Below, piece by piece: positions 1 through 8,670 of a DNA stretch of 64,000 nucleotides; the stretch's first letter is position 1; each line of letters begins with the position of its first letter. The DNA lies in assembly GCA_965222375.1 (NCBI GenBank), contig CBDCTZ010000016.1, forward strand, positions 3,040,001-3,104,000. The letters run 5' to 3'. This DNA comes from Polyangiaceae bacterium (lineage in GTDB: Bacteria > Myxococcota_A > Polyangia > Polyangiales > Polyangiaceae). The notes below the pieces were generated by a model. That model searched no databases and was not told the DNA's origin. It saw nothing but the letters and a program-made list of their open reading frames with translations. A program made the translations under genes and the position numbers.

Positions 1-2
1 AT

Positions 3-545
3 CGGGACCGGCTGCTCGACGCAGCCCGTCGGTCCGCTGAGATTACGCACGCGCATCCTCTTGGCGTCGAAGGTGCGCTGTCCGTAGCCGCCGCCACGTC
101 GACAGCTCTGGCCACGCGAGATTGGCGCAGCATTCTCGGAAGCGCCGCAGCGCCCTGCGGGAGTTCCGAGTTCGTGAGACGCTTCTCGACTGCGCGCAAA
201 TGGCTCGAGGCCAGCGTAGCGCCGCCACCGAATGAAGTTCGTGTCTGTCTTGGAACAGGTATCACCGCCACGGAGTCCTGCGTTACCGCCGTCTATGTCG
301 GCTTGCGCTTTGTCGAGCGCCCCTTCAGCGATCTGCTGGCGTTCGTTGCGGACTGCGGCGGTGATGTCGACACAGTCGGCGCCATGGCAGGCGCAGTGTG
401 GGGCGCTTGCAACGGCGCCCGTAACCTTCCCGAGCGTGCCCTCGACTCCCTAGAGGACCGTGAGCGAATTGCGTCTCTCGCTATTTCCCTGCACAGCGTC
501 GCCAGTCCGGCGAGCACCCCCGGGCTCGACAGCTCGATGGGTTGA
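3..545 (+). CDS. ADP-ribosylglycohydrolase family protein (5' truncated by window edge)
   Basis: Frame open from base 3: RRSAEITHAHPLGVEGA and GGDVDTVGAMAGAVWGA motifs typical of DraG/ARH. Confidence 0.85.
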   Translation, partial: RDRLLDAARRSAEITHAHPLGVEGALSVAAATSTALATRDWRSILGSAAAPCGSSEFVRRFSTARKWLEASVAPPPNEVRVCLGTGITATESCVTAVYVGLRFVERPFSDLLAFVADCGGDVDTVGAMAGAVWGACNGARNLPERALDSLEDRERIASLAISLHSVASPASTPGLDSSMG

Positions 546-546
546 T

Positions 547-1167
547 TCATAGGCTCCAGCCGACGGAGCCACCAATATCCCAAGCGTGGTGGAAGTCTTG
601 GCTGTCGCTGACGCGCCGGGACCAGGTTTCGTTTTCGCTGCGCGAAACGGGAAGAATCAGGCCGGTCCGGATCATGATGTTGATGCCGCCGCCGTCGGTG
701 GACCAACGCACGAGTTCAACGCTGACCGACTGAGTGAACGCCTGCACCCGCTCACGCGGGTCAAAGCCATCGTCGCTGCTGCCGCGCCATTGAGCTTCGA
801 ACCCGACCCAGGGGCCGGCGTTGATTGTCCATCCGCCTTCGATGTCTCCGGAGTTTACCAAGGTCGGTGTCACGCCGAAGCGTGCGTAGACGAACGAGGT
901 CGTGAAGTCTCCGCCACCCTTGACACCCAGTCCGGCTTCGCTCGCCCAGGTGCCATCGATCAAGACCGCGCCGCCCAACCCAAGGCCGATGTATTCCGTT
1001 CGCTCGTTGCCGTTGACCACCGAGAAGTTCTGAAAGGGCAACATGAAGCGCAGTGTTGGCGCGACGTCGGATCTCGGCGCTCTTATTTGAGCGCACAGTA
1101 CACTCGAAACACAGAACGCTGCGACACCCAGCAACCAACCTGCGGCCTGCGCTCGCATGGGGCGCAC
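547..1167 (-). CDS. hypothetical secreted / outer-membrane beta-barrel-like protein
   Basis: N-terminal signal-like segment, amphipathic beta-strand pattern, aromatic-rich C-terminus (GGSVGWSL). Confidence 0.55.
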   Translation of the reverse strand: MRPMRAQAAGWLLGVAAFCVSSVLCAQIRAPRSDVAPTLRFMLPFQNFSVVNGNERTEYIGLGLGGAVLIDGTWASEAGLGVKGGGDFTTSFVYARFGVTPTLVNSGDIEGGWTINAGPWVGFEAQWRGSSDDGFDPRERVQAFTQSVSVELVRWSTDGGGINIMIRTGLILPVSRSENETWSRRVSDSQDFHHAWDIGGSVGWSL

Positions 1168-1265
1168 TATACGTCGGAGTCAGGGGCCCCGCGCGCCAAG
1201 TTGGTTCCGCTCGTCGCGGGTGGGCACTTTGTCGGTCGCGTTGGCGTCGAGTTGCGTCGGAAGGC

Positions 1266-1943
1266 TCATCCGTCGCTCTTCTTTGCGGCGCACTTCAGGA
1301 ATTTGCCGCCGCCGCAGATGCAGTCGCAGGGGGGCTTGCCGGGGCAGTTTTCGTCGCACTCACAAAAGCAGTCTTCGGTGACGGCGCCGCAGTCCGGGCG
1401 CGCCGCGCATTCGCAGTAGTTGGAGATGATGTCGCAGGGGGGATTGGCCTGCGGCGCACAATGCACTTCGCCGTTTTCGCAGCGGCAGTTGCAGTCTGTG
1501 GTGTTCAGTGGGCCTTCGAATCCGTTGCAGGTGGCGCAGAGCAATTGTGGGCACGCTTGCAGCGCACCGAGCTCGGGCTTGCACTCCCAGCCATTCTTGC
1601 CGCACTTTTCTGCAGGGAGCGGTACGCCCCAACAGGTGCCCGGAGGGCAGTCCTCGGGGAGGATGGTGTTGACGGGGCACTTCCACTTGTCGTCCACGCA
1701 GGAAGCAGTTTCCGGGAACCAATCGCTGCCACAACCAGCGGCACACATCGGCGCAGATCCGGAACATCCTGTCGCGCCGCCCGAGCCACTTGTGCCACCT
1801 GTGCCGGCGTCAACGCCTCCGCTGCCACCGGAACTCGCGCCGCCGGTGCTGGTACTTCCCCCGGAGTTGGACCCATCCGCGTCCGTGGACCCGCCACAAC
1901 CGAGCAGCGCAACGGCGCAAAGAAACATGAAAACACGGCGCAT
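1266..1943 (-). CDS. Cys-rich lipoprotein, myxobacterial type
   Basis: Lipobox-like LLGC, Gly/Ser/Thr linker, many Cys in the C-terminal part. Confidence 0.75.
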   Translation of the reverse strand: MRRVFMFLCAVALLGCGGSTDADGSNSGGSTSTGGASSGGSGGVDAGTGGTSGSGGATGCSGSAPMCAAGCGSDWFPETASCVDDKWKCPVNTILPEDCPPGTCWGVPLPAEKCGKNGWECKPELGALQACPQLLCATCNGFEGPLNTTDCNCRCENGEVHCAPQANPPCDIISNYCECAARPDCGAVTEDCFCECDENCPGKPPCDCICGGGKFLKCAAKKSDG

Positions 1944-2001
1944 GATGCACGGCGATATTCAGGAAGCGTGCCAGAGCGGTGTCCGCTAGGCTGGCCGTCC
2001 G

Positions 2002-2904
2002 ATGAGCATCGAATTCGTCCGCACGCCCGACTCGCGATTTGCGAGCCTTCCCGACTTCGACTTCGCGCCGAACTACGCTGCCGACCTGCCCGGCTTTTCA
2101 GGACTACGTCTGCACTATCTCGACGAAGGCCCCAAAGACGCGAAACACACCTTCTTGTGCCTCCACGGCGAGCCCACCTGGGCCTATCTCTACCGCAAGA
2201 TGATCCCCGTGTTCCTCGAGGCGGGAGGCCGGGTGGTCGCGCCGGACTTCTTCGGCTTCGGGCGTTCGGATAAACCCGTCGAGGACGACGCCTACAGTTT
2301 CGCGTTTCATCGCAACACCCTGCTGCGTTTGATCGAGCATCTGAACCTGTCCGGCATGACGCTAGTGCACCAGGATTGGGGAGGCATTCTCGGCTTGACC
2401 CTGCCCATGGACATGCCCGAGCGCGTAAAGCGCATGATCGTGATGAACACCGCACTGACCACCGGCGAACTTCCTCCTAGTGACGGCTTCACGAGTTGGA
2501 AGGCCTACGTCGCGAGCACTCCGGATTTGAATGTGGGCGCGCTCATGAAGCGCGCTGTGCCGACGGGGCTCTCCGACGGCGAGGTTGCCGCATACGACGC
2601 GCCCTTCGTCGACGTTTCCTACAAGGCCGGAGTGCGCACTTTTCCTGAGCTGGTGCCAATTACCGAAGACATGGCAGGCGCGGATGTCTCCAAGCGCGCC
2701 CAGCAGTGGCTCGCGGAAAACTGGCGTGGCCAATCCTTCATGGCCGTGGGCGCCCTCGACCCGGTTCTCGGCCCGCCGGTCATGAACGGACTGCGAAAGC
2801 TGATCCCGGGTTGCCCGCCGGCCCTGGTGCTCGACAACGCGGGACATTTCGTGCAGGAGAGCGGCGACCGAGTCGCCCGGGCCGCGCTCGAAGCCTTCGG
2901 CTGA
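2002..2904 (+). CDS. haloalkane dehalogenase (alpha/beta hydrolase)
   Basis: VRTPD-RF, LHGEPTWAYLYRKMIP, HQDWGG nucleophile motif, GHFVQE catalytic His. Confidence 0.92.
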   Translation: MSIEFVRTPDSRFASLPDFDFAPNYAADLPGFSGLRLHYLDEGPKDAKHTFLCLHGEPTWAYLYRKMIPVFLEAGGRVVAPDFFGFGRSDKPVEDDAYSFAFHRNTLLRLIEHLNLSGMTLVHQDWGGILGLTLPMDMPERVKRMIVMNTALTTGELPPSDGFTSWKAYVASTPDLNVGALMKRAVPTGLSDGEVAAYDAPFVDVSYKAGVRTFPELVPITEDMAGADVSKRAQQWLAENWRGQSFMAVGALDPVLGPPVMNGLRKLIPGCPPALVLDNAGHFVQESGDRVARAALEAFG

Positions 2905-3247
2905 GAGCCGCGCGACCGAGGCGTCACGTCACGCTGGACTTTCGCGGGCGCGCTTTCGCCGAGCATTCCTCAGGCGGACGCTCCGGCGTTTGCTTCGTGG
3001 AGAAAAGTCCGCTGCGCAGCTGGCGCCCCGCTGGTGAGCTTGGCTGACGAGTATGCCCAAGGTCTGCGTGGGCTGGGTGCGGGAGGCACGGAGACGGAGC
3101 CGTGGGGGCCAAGGCAGCTCTGTTGCAAACCAAAATCCTCCTTCCAACCCTGCTGTGTGCAGTGTGTGTGGAGAAAGCGTGGAGACGGAATCAGAAGGCC
3201 AATACTGGCGTTAGTGTCCCCGTCCATCAGCGGGTGGAGGATGAGGC

Positions 3248-4726
3248 ATGCGGCGTTTTTTCGCGATATTGGTGATTTGGTTGGGGGCGGCGGCGGCCTG
3301 GATGGTGCTTGGGTCGACGCTTTTGGTTCGGTCCGGGGATGTCAGTCGCGGACTCGAGAGCGAGGTGCACCAGCTGTGGGGAGCGCCCATCGAGCAACGC
3401 CCGCCCACGGGCGTGCTGATCGCGCCGACCCCCGAGCTGGTCGTGGGCGACGCCACGGCGAAGACCGGCGTGGCACAGCCGAATAGTCGTGAAAAGGTGG
3501 CGGGCGCACCTGCCGAACCGAACGGGCCGCAGGGCAAAGCGCCGAAAACTGCAGCTGGCGTCGGCGCGGCGGAGCAGGTGACCGCCACGGATACGTCGGG
3601 ATCCGACAGGCCCGCGCAAGACGCTCCAGTCGAATCCGCGACGGATCCAAACACGCAGCCCTCCGCGCCGCCGAACTCGACCCCGGCGCGGCTCAACGCA
3701 TCGAAGCTGGATGTTGAGTTGCACTTGGAGCACCGCAAGAAGGGCCTGATCTGGTTTCCGACCTACACCGTGGATTTCGGGGGAACCTACAGCTTCGAAA
3801 ATCCCGAGAGCGAGAGCCGGGAGCTGGCGGTGACCTTGCCGCTGCAAAAGACGAACGCGCTGTACGAGGGATTCGAAGTACTGGCAGACGGCAAGCCGAT
3901 CCGCGCCGAAGTGCAAAACGGCCAGGCGGTGTTCCGGGACAAGCTGGCTGCGAAGCAAACCAAGAAGTACACGGTCCGCTATCGCTCCCGTGGCACCGAG
4001 CGCTGGAACTACCACTTGACCGCAGGCACCGGGCGCGTGGATGGCTTCGAGCTGAACCTGAAGACGGACTTCGCAGACGTCGACTTCCCGAGCGGAACCC
4101 TGTCACCCTCGGAACATCAAGCCACGGCGGACGGCTGGCAGGGCAAATGGAAGTTCTCCAGCCTGGTTGCCAGTACGCCCATTGGCATCGCGATGCCGCA
4201 ATTGCTCAACCCGGGACCGCTGGCCTCGCGCATCACGTTCTTTGCGCCCCTGTCGCTGTTGTTCTTCTTCTTCGTGGTCGCAATCCTCGCCACGTCGCAA
4301 AAGCGAGAGCTGCACCCGTTGCACTACTTCTTCCTGAGCTGCGCGTTCTTCGCGTTTCACTTGTTGTTCTCCTACATGGTGGACCACGTTGCGGTGGGGC
4401 CGGCCTTTGCCATCAGTGCGGGGGTCAGTGTGCTCTTGGTCGTGAGCTATGCGCGCCTCTTCGTGGGCTGGAAGTTCGCGTTGCGAGAAATGGGCCTGGC
4501 GCAGCTGATCTACCTAGTGCTGTTTTCCTTCACCTTCTTTTTCGATGGCTACACGGGGCTCTCGGTCACCGTGGGCGCCATCGTGACGCTGTTCTTGGTG
4601 ATGCAGATCACCGGACGCAAGAGTTGGCGAGAGCTACTCGGTGAACAGGAAGCACCCGCGCCCAAATGCGCGGCACCCTATCGTTGCGGCGTGCCGGCTC
4701 TGGAACAAGCCGACCCCGCCGAGTGA
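3248..4726 (+). CDS. CreD-like inner membrane protein
   Basis: N-terminal TM, soluble region, C-terminal multi-TM block with LHPLHYFFL and FHLLFSY motifs resembling CreD. Confidence 0.7.
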   Translation: MRRFFAILVIWLGAAAAWMVLGSTLLVRSGDVSRGLESEVHQLWGAPIEQRPPTGVLIAPTPELVVGDATAKTGVAQPNSREKVAGAPAEPNGPQGKAPKTAAGVGAAEQVTATDTSGSDRPAQDAPVESATDPNTQPSAPPNSTPARLNASKLDVELHLEHRKKGLIWFPTYTVDFGGTYSFENPESESRELAVTLPLQKTNALYEGFEVLADGKPIRAEVQNGQAVFRDKLAAKQTKKYTVRYRSRGTERWNYHLTAGTGRVDGFELNLKTDFADVDFPSGTLSPSEHQATADGWQGKWKFSSLVASTPIGIAMPQLLNPGPLASRITFFAPLSLLFFFFVVAILATSQKRELHPLHYFFLSCAFFAFHLLFSYMVDHVAVGPAFAISAGVSVLLVVSYARLFVGWKFALREMGLAQLIYLVLFSFTFFFDGYTGLSVTVGAIVTLFLVMQITGRKSWRELLGEQEAPAPKCAAPYRCGVPALEQADPAE

Positions 4727-4880
4727 TGCCGCGCCAGGGGCGCCCCGAGCTGGGAGGCCAGCGGCGCTCGCAGCTGCAAGGCGCGGCGAGTCACGTCCGT
4801 GGGCCGGCCCGCTGGGACGCGCGGGCCGCGGTCCCCGTGAACCACTCGCCGCCTTCGCTCGCGACGCGTGCGGAAGTCGC

Positions 4881-5218
4881 CCCTGGTCCATCGCGCCGCA
4901 AACACGCCGCCCCCAAGCATTCCCGCAGGCTGATAAAGGAAGCCGCGGGCTTGCACAAGGTGCACACACAAGAATCCCAGGGCGGGTGGGCAACTTGTTC
5001 GGCACACTGCAGATGTCAGTTGCGCGAAATGTGTACGGAGACCCTCCCTCGGGCGGGTACATCTTGTCGGGCAACCGCGATGCTGAGTTGCGGAGATTCG
5101 CGCCGGCGACGGGCGCCGTGCCGAATGCTAGGGGCTACGGTGCGGGCGGGCCTTTAAGGGCCCGCCACATCTGCACCTCCGCCGGGTGCGCCGGCGCAGC
5201 CACTGTCAGCGCAAGAGC
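4881..5218 (+). ncRNA. putative structured non-coding element, copy 1 (weaker similarity extends back to ~4811)
   Basis: Homologous to reverse complement of 7191-7516; several hairpins conserved with compensatory and G-U-compatible changes; no credible ORF conserved in both copies. Confidence 0.55.
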
Positions 5219-5418
5219 GTTCCAGTAGCAGGGCGCGGTACTTTGCTCGCGTTGCAGCTCTTGGTACCGGGCGCACGGAGTCTGCCAATCTCGAGGGCGG
5301 CTGTGACGTTTGCTACGAGTTCCGTTTCCCCGATCTGAAGATCCCTCCCTGCAGTTCGGCGTCTGCTCGAAGCACCCGATGGATGTTGCTCCGCGCTGGT
5401 CATGCTGCAAACCCCTGG

Positions 5419-6891
5419 CTAGGGGACCAGCATTGTGAGAGCTTGACGCAAAAGGGTCACGAAGTGCCCGTCGCCACAGCTGCCTCGGTCACTCTGCCAC
5501 GCCAGCGCAGCAGCGGCCTTCTTTGACTCGCGTCGTCGAAAGCCCATGTTTGTCAGAGCGCTAAGGAGCTTGGATTCAATCTCGGCCGAGTCCGCACGAA
5601 CTCGGCTCGGCGCGTCGCGCGGGTATTCGTCAGCGTCACTTGGGCGAGAGTTCAGCCCGTTGATTGACGCGGCCGGGTCAATATCTCCTTTCACACGGGT
5701 CTGTTCAGGCATGCGCCCCGATTCGTCGACCAACCTCTGCTGGCGAAGGCGAATTCCAGCCTCCATGGACTTCCGTGCGTCCGCCTCCGCGACGCCTGCA
5801 GCGCTATCGTCAAGCGCACGCCGCGATTCGCTGTTCAACTTTCGCTGGCGAAGGCGAATTCTACTGTCGATGTACTCTCGTCCGAACACCTTCTCGGCTT
5901 CGAACAAGTTGTGTGCGCGGCATAGCAGACGTCCGTTGTCAGTTGTGCCAGCGCCACCACAGGCGCGTGGATTGTCATGGTCGAGCTGCACGAAAGCGCG
6001 CGCTTGGCAGCGTTCTCCGCTCGGTGATGTGTATGTGCACTGCTCGCCATCGCGCTCGTAGATTTCCCTGCGGGATTGGCGAGAGAAGTCACCGTGCTTG
6101 GTACCACGCGAGCGTCGCGGTTTGTCGGTCTTGCCGAACCTCTTCTTCTCCAGATCTGCCAGCAGCAGGTCGAGTCCTCGCTCGATGACCGTTGCCAGAT
6201 CCCGTTTCGGATTCGAGTGACTCATCAAGTCGAGGGCGCGCTCGAGCTTGTCCCTGATTGCTGTGCCGCCCGAAAACTGGATGTGAAAGCGTTGTGAGGA
6301 TAGGGGAGCTACGCGGGGCCCGGGCTCATGCGGGGAAACGGCCGCCTGTCCCGGGCCCGCTGCATCCGATTGGCCCGTAGCCGGACTACCTGATTGGCTC
6401 ATGGCTGCACCCTCGCCACCGACCCGAGCTTGGACGGGCATCGGGCAGACCGCGTCTGCCACATCAGGCTTGGGGAAGCGCGAACGGATCAGAAACTCGA
6501 CTTCCGCTTTGCTCCTGTCGCAGGACTCGGCGATTAGCTCCGCGTGGTTGTCGACCGTGAGGTACGTCTGCAGCATGCTGAGCGCCGTGACGTGGATCCG
6601 CCCCTCTCGCAGCAGGTCCAGGACAATCGGATAGCTGCGTGCAATCCGAGCCGCTGCAATGTGCCGATGAGCGCTGCCCTCGCTGAGCTTCAGCTTGCGG
6701 CAGCAGAACTCGTACATGGAGGAACACGCCTCCCTCAGCTCCAACCGCCGCGCTTCCACCTCGCCGAGGTAAGCCACAAGCTCCGCGGTGATCTTACGCC
6801 GGGATCCAATCACGCTGCCTAGATTCGCCAGGACTTGGTCGTCCGAGAGATGAGCCATGCGTTTCGAAATACCCGGTGACGTGAGTTTCAT
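5419..6891 (-). CDS. HNH endonuclease, myxobacterial DUF222-like family, with RuvA C-terminal-like tail
   Basis: N-terminus LSDDQVL..LVAYLGEVEARRL..CSSMYEFC; HNH region RDGEQCTY..RC..LDHDNPRACGG..NGRLLCRAHN; tail LLSALTNMGF..LLRQAL. Confidence 0.85.
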   Translation of the reverse strand: MKLTSPGISKRMAHLSDDQVLANLGSVIGSRRKITAELVAYLGEVEARRLELREACSSMYEFCCRKLKLSEGSAHRHIAAARIARSYPIVLDLLREGRIHVTALSMLQTYLTVDNHAELIAESCDRSKAEVEFLIRSRFPKPDVADAVCPMPVQARVGGEGAAMSQSGSPATGQSDAAGPGQAAVSPHEPGPRVAPLSSQRFHIQFSGGTAIRDKLERALDLMSHSNPKRDLATVIERGLDLLLADLEKKRFGKTDKPRRSRGTKHGDFSRQSRREIYERDGEQCTYTSPSGERCQARAFVQLDHDNPRACGGAGTTDNGRLLCRAHNLFEAEKVFGREYIDSRIRLRQRKLNSESRRALDDSAAGVAEADARKSMEAGIRLRQQRLVDESGRMPEQTRVKGDIDPAASINGLNSRPSDADEYPRDAPSRVRADSAEIESKLLSALTNMGFRRRESKKAAAALAWQSDRGSCGDGHFVTLLRQALTMLVP

Positions 6892-7190
6892 GCTTCCTGC
6901 CTAACACGCGATTTTTGGGCTTCTCAGCTGCCCCGCTGCGTGACGATCGCGCTGCAAATCGCCACGCGTGCCATCTCGATGCTGGAACGGCGCTGACGTG
7001 TCACACGCGCGCGGCATACCCGTACAAATCGCTGAGCTCGCGTTTCACGCGCGGGCGCACGCGAAAACCTGTCAACAAGTTTCTTTAGAAATTTGCGAGG
7101 CGAGTCGCGCAACCACCGATGCAAATCGGTGCACAACCGAGAGCACGTTTGAGGCACACCGAGCGTCAAGCACCGCTAGTCGCATTCGGT

Positions 7191-7516
7191 GCTCATCCGC
7201 TGACGCCCATGGCGCCGGCGCCCCGGCGGAGGTGCGGACGTGGCGGGCCCCCCAAAGGCCCGCCCGCACCGAAGCCCCAGCAGCCGAAACGACGCCGTTC
7301 GCCGGCGCGTTTTTCCGCAACTCAGCATCGCGATCGCCCGACAAGTTGTCCCACCCGGGGTGGGCCTCCGTACAAAAAATCGAGCAACTGAATCTACAGT
7401 GGGCCGACCAAGTTGCCCTCCCACCCAGGGATTCTTGTGGCAGCAGTTTGTGCATGCTCGCATCTCCCTATCAGCCACCCGTGATGCGGGGGCGCGTTGG
7501 CCGCCATGGGTCAGGG
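7191..7516 (-). ncRNA. putative structured non-coding element, copy 2 (weaker similarity extends to ~7576)
   Basis: Inverted homolog of 4881-5218; exact shared blocks include CGCGATGCTGAGTTGCGGA, CGGTGCGGGCGGGCCTTT and CACAAGAATCCC. Confidence 0.55.
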
Positions 7517-7663
7517 CTCGGGCGCCCGCGTCTCCGAGCGCCCCGCGCAGCCCACGACTCCGCCCGCGTGCCCCAGGGCGCCCGCGATTCCGAGCCTCAC
7601 CCGAAGCCCACCTCCTCCGCTGTCAAGGGCGCGGATCTTTTTCGCCGTCCCGTGCCTCGAGAG

Positions 7664-7699
7664 TTATATGCATAGTACATATATGTGATATGCATATAA
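7664..7699. promoter_or_regulatory. AT-rich palindromic operator: two overlapping TATATG-N7-CATATA sites, probable NrtR autoregulatory site
   Basis: TTATATGCATAGTACATATATGTGATATGCATATAA directly before the regulator start codon, in an otherwise GC-rich background. Confidence 0.7.
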
Positions 7700-7700
7700 G

Positions 7701-8438
7701 GTGACTAGCGAAAAAGAGTCCCTCCAGAGTTACGATCCGTCGGTTCTTGATGCCCTTTCGGTCGCCGTGGACGTGGTATTGCTCAGCGTCAGTGAAGGCG
7801 CGCTGCACGCGCTGGTCCTGAAGCGAGATCAGCATCCCAGTCGTGGGAAGTGGGCGCTGCCGGGGGGCTTCGTGCAAAAACGGGAATCCTTGGACGCGGC
7901 GGCGGAGCGCGTTTTGCGCCGCAAGGCGGGGCTCTCGGATGTTTTTCTGGAGCAGTTTTACACCTTTGGGGCGCCGAATCGGGATCCCCGCACGCGGGTG
8001 ATTTCCGTCGCGTACTACGCGCTGGTGGACATCAAGCGCTTCGAGCAAGCGCACGACCAGAGCGCGGACGTGATCGCGGCGAAGATCCGGGTGCCGTGGG
8101 AGGGCGAGCGAGGTGGTGCCGTCCAGCTCTTCGGTGAACGCGGAAGCAAACTCGCGGTCGCCTTTGACCACGCGGAGATCATCGGCGCGGCGGTCAAGCG
8201 AGTGCGTGGCAAGCTCGGCTATGCGCCGATCGGATTCGAGTTCCTACCCAAGCGCTTCACCTTGTTCGATCTGCGCCAGGTGCACGAAGCCGTGCTGGGG
8301 CGCTCCCTGAACAAGGACTCCTTTCGTCGCAGCGTGCTCTCATCAGGTTTGGTTCGCGCCACCGGGAAGCGTGAGCAAGACGTGGATCATCGCCCCGCGG
8401 AGCTGTTCCGCTTTCATCGCAGGGAAGGGCGCGCATGA
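7701..8438 (+). CDS. nrtR: NrtR-family NUDIX + winged-helix transcriptional regulator
   Basis: AVDVVLL..WALPGGFV..ESLDAAAER, LEQFYTFGAPNRDPRTRVISVAY, AFDHAEII, FTLFDLRQVHEAVLG..SFRR, RPAELF. Confidence 0.9.
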   Translation: MTSEKESLQSYDPSVLDALSVAVDVVLLSVSEGALHALVLKRDQHPSRGKWALPGGFVQKRESLDAAAERVLRRKAGLSDVFLEQFYTFGAPNRDPRTRVISVAYYALVDIKRFEQAHDQSADVIAAKIRVPWEGERGGAVQLFGERGSKLAVAFDHAEIIGAAVKRVRGKLGYAPIGFEFLPKRFTLFDLRQVHEAVLGRSLNKDSFRRSVLSSGLVRATGKREQDVDHRPAELFRFHRREGRA

Positions 8439-8670
8439 AGCTCTCGCTCACGGATGCAAAACCGTGGTGGGAGCCGGTGCGCTACAGGACTGGTTCACTC
8501 GTGCCCGACGGCGACGGCAACCAGGGTGCAAAACAAGCCCGAATCTCGGTGCGGTCATGAAATGGCGATGGTGGTCACGACGTGAACGTGCAGCGGGGCA
8601 GTGCCGCAGTGGACTGCGTATCTATCTGGGCACCACGGCAGCCCGGCGCCGCGCGAATGCCGTCGTGCTG

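Noticed and set aside
2995..3030. GAGAAAAGTCCG resembling the RNase P GAGGAAAGTCC motif
   Set aside because: One mismatch in the core and none of the other conserved RNase P regions found nearby.
2924..3133. 69 aa minus-strand ORF preceded by AAGGAGG
   Set aside because: TTG start, no recognisable motif and low-information composition; not supportable as a gene.
4634..5228. Short ORFs overlapping the paired element (also 6968-7704)
   Set aside because: Reading frames are not preserved between the two homologous copies because of indels, which favours a non-coding function.
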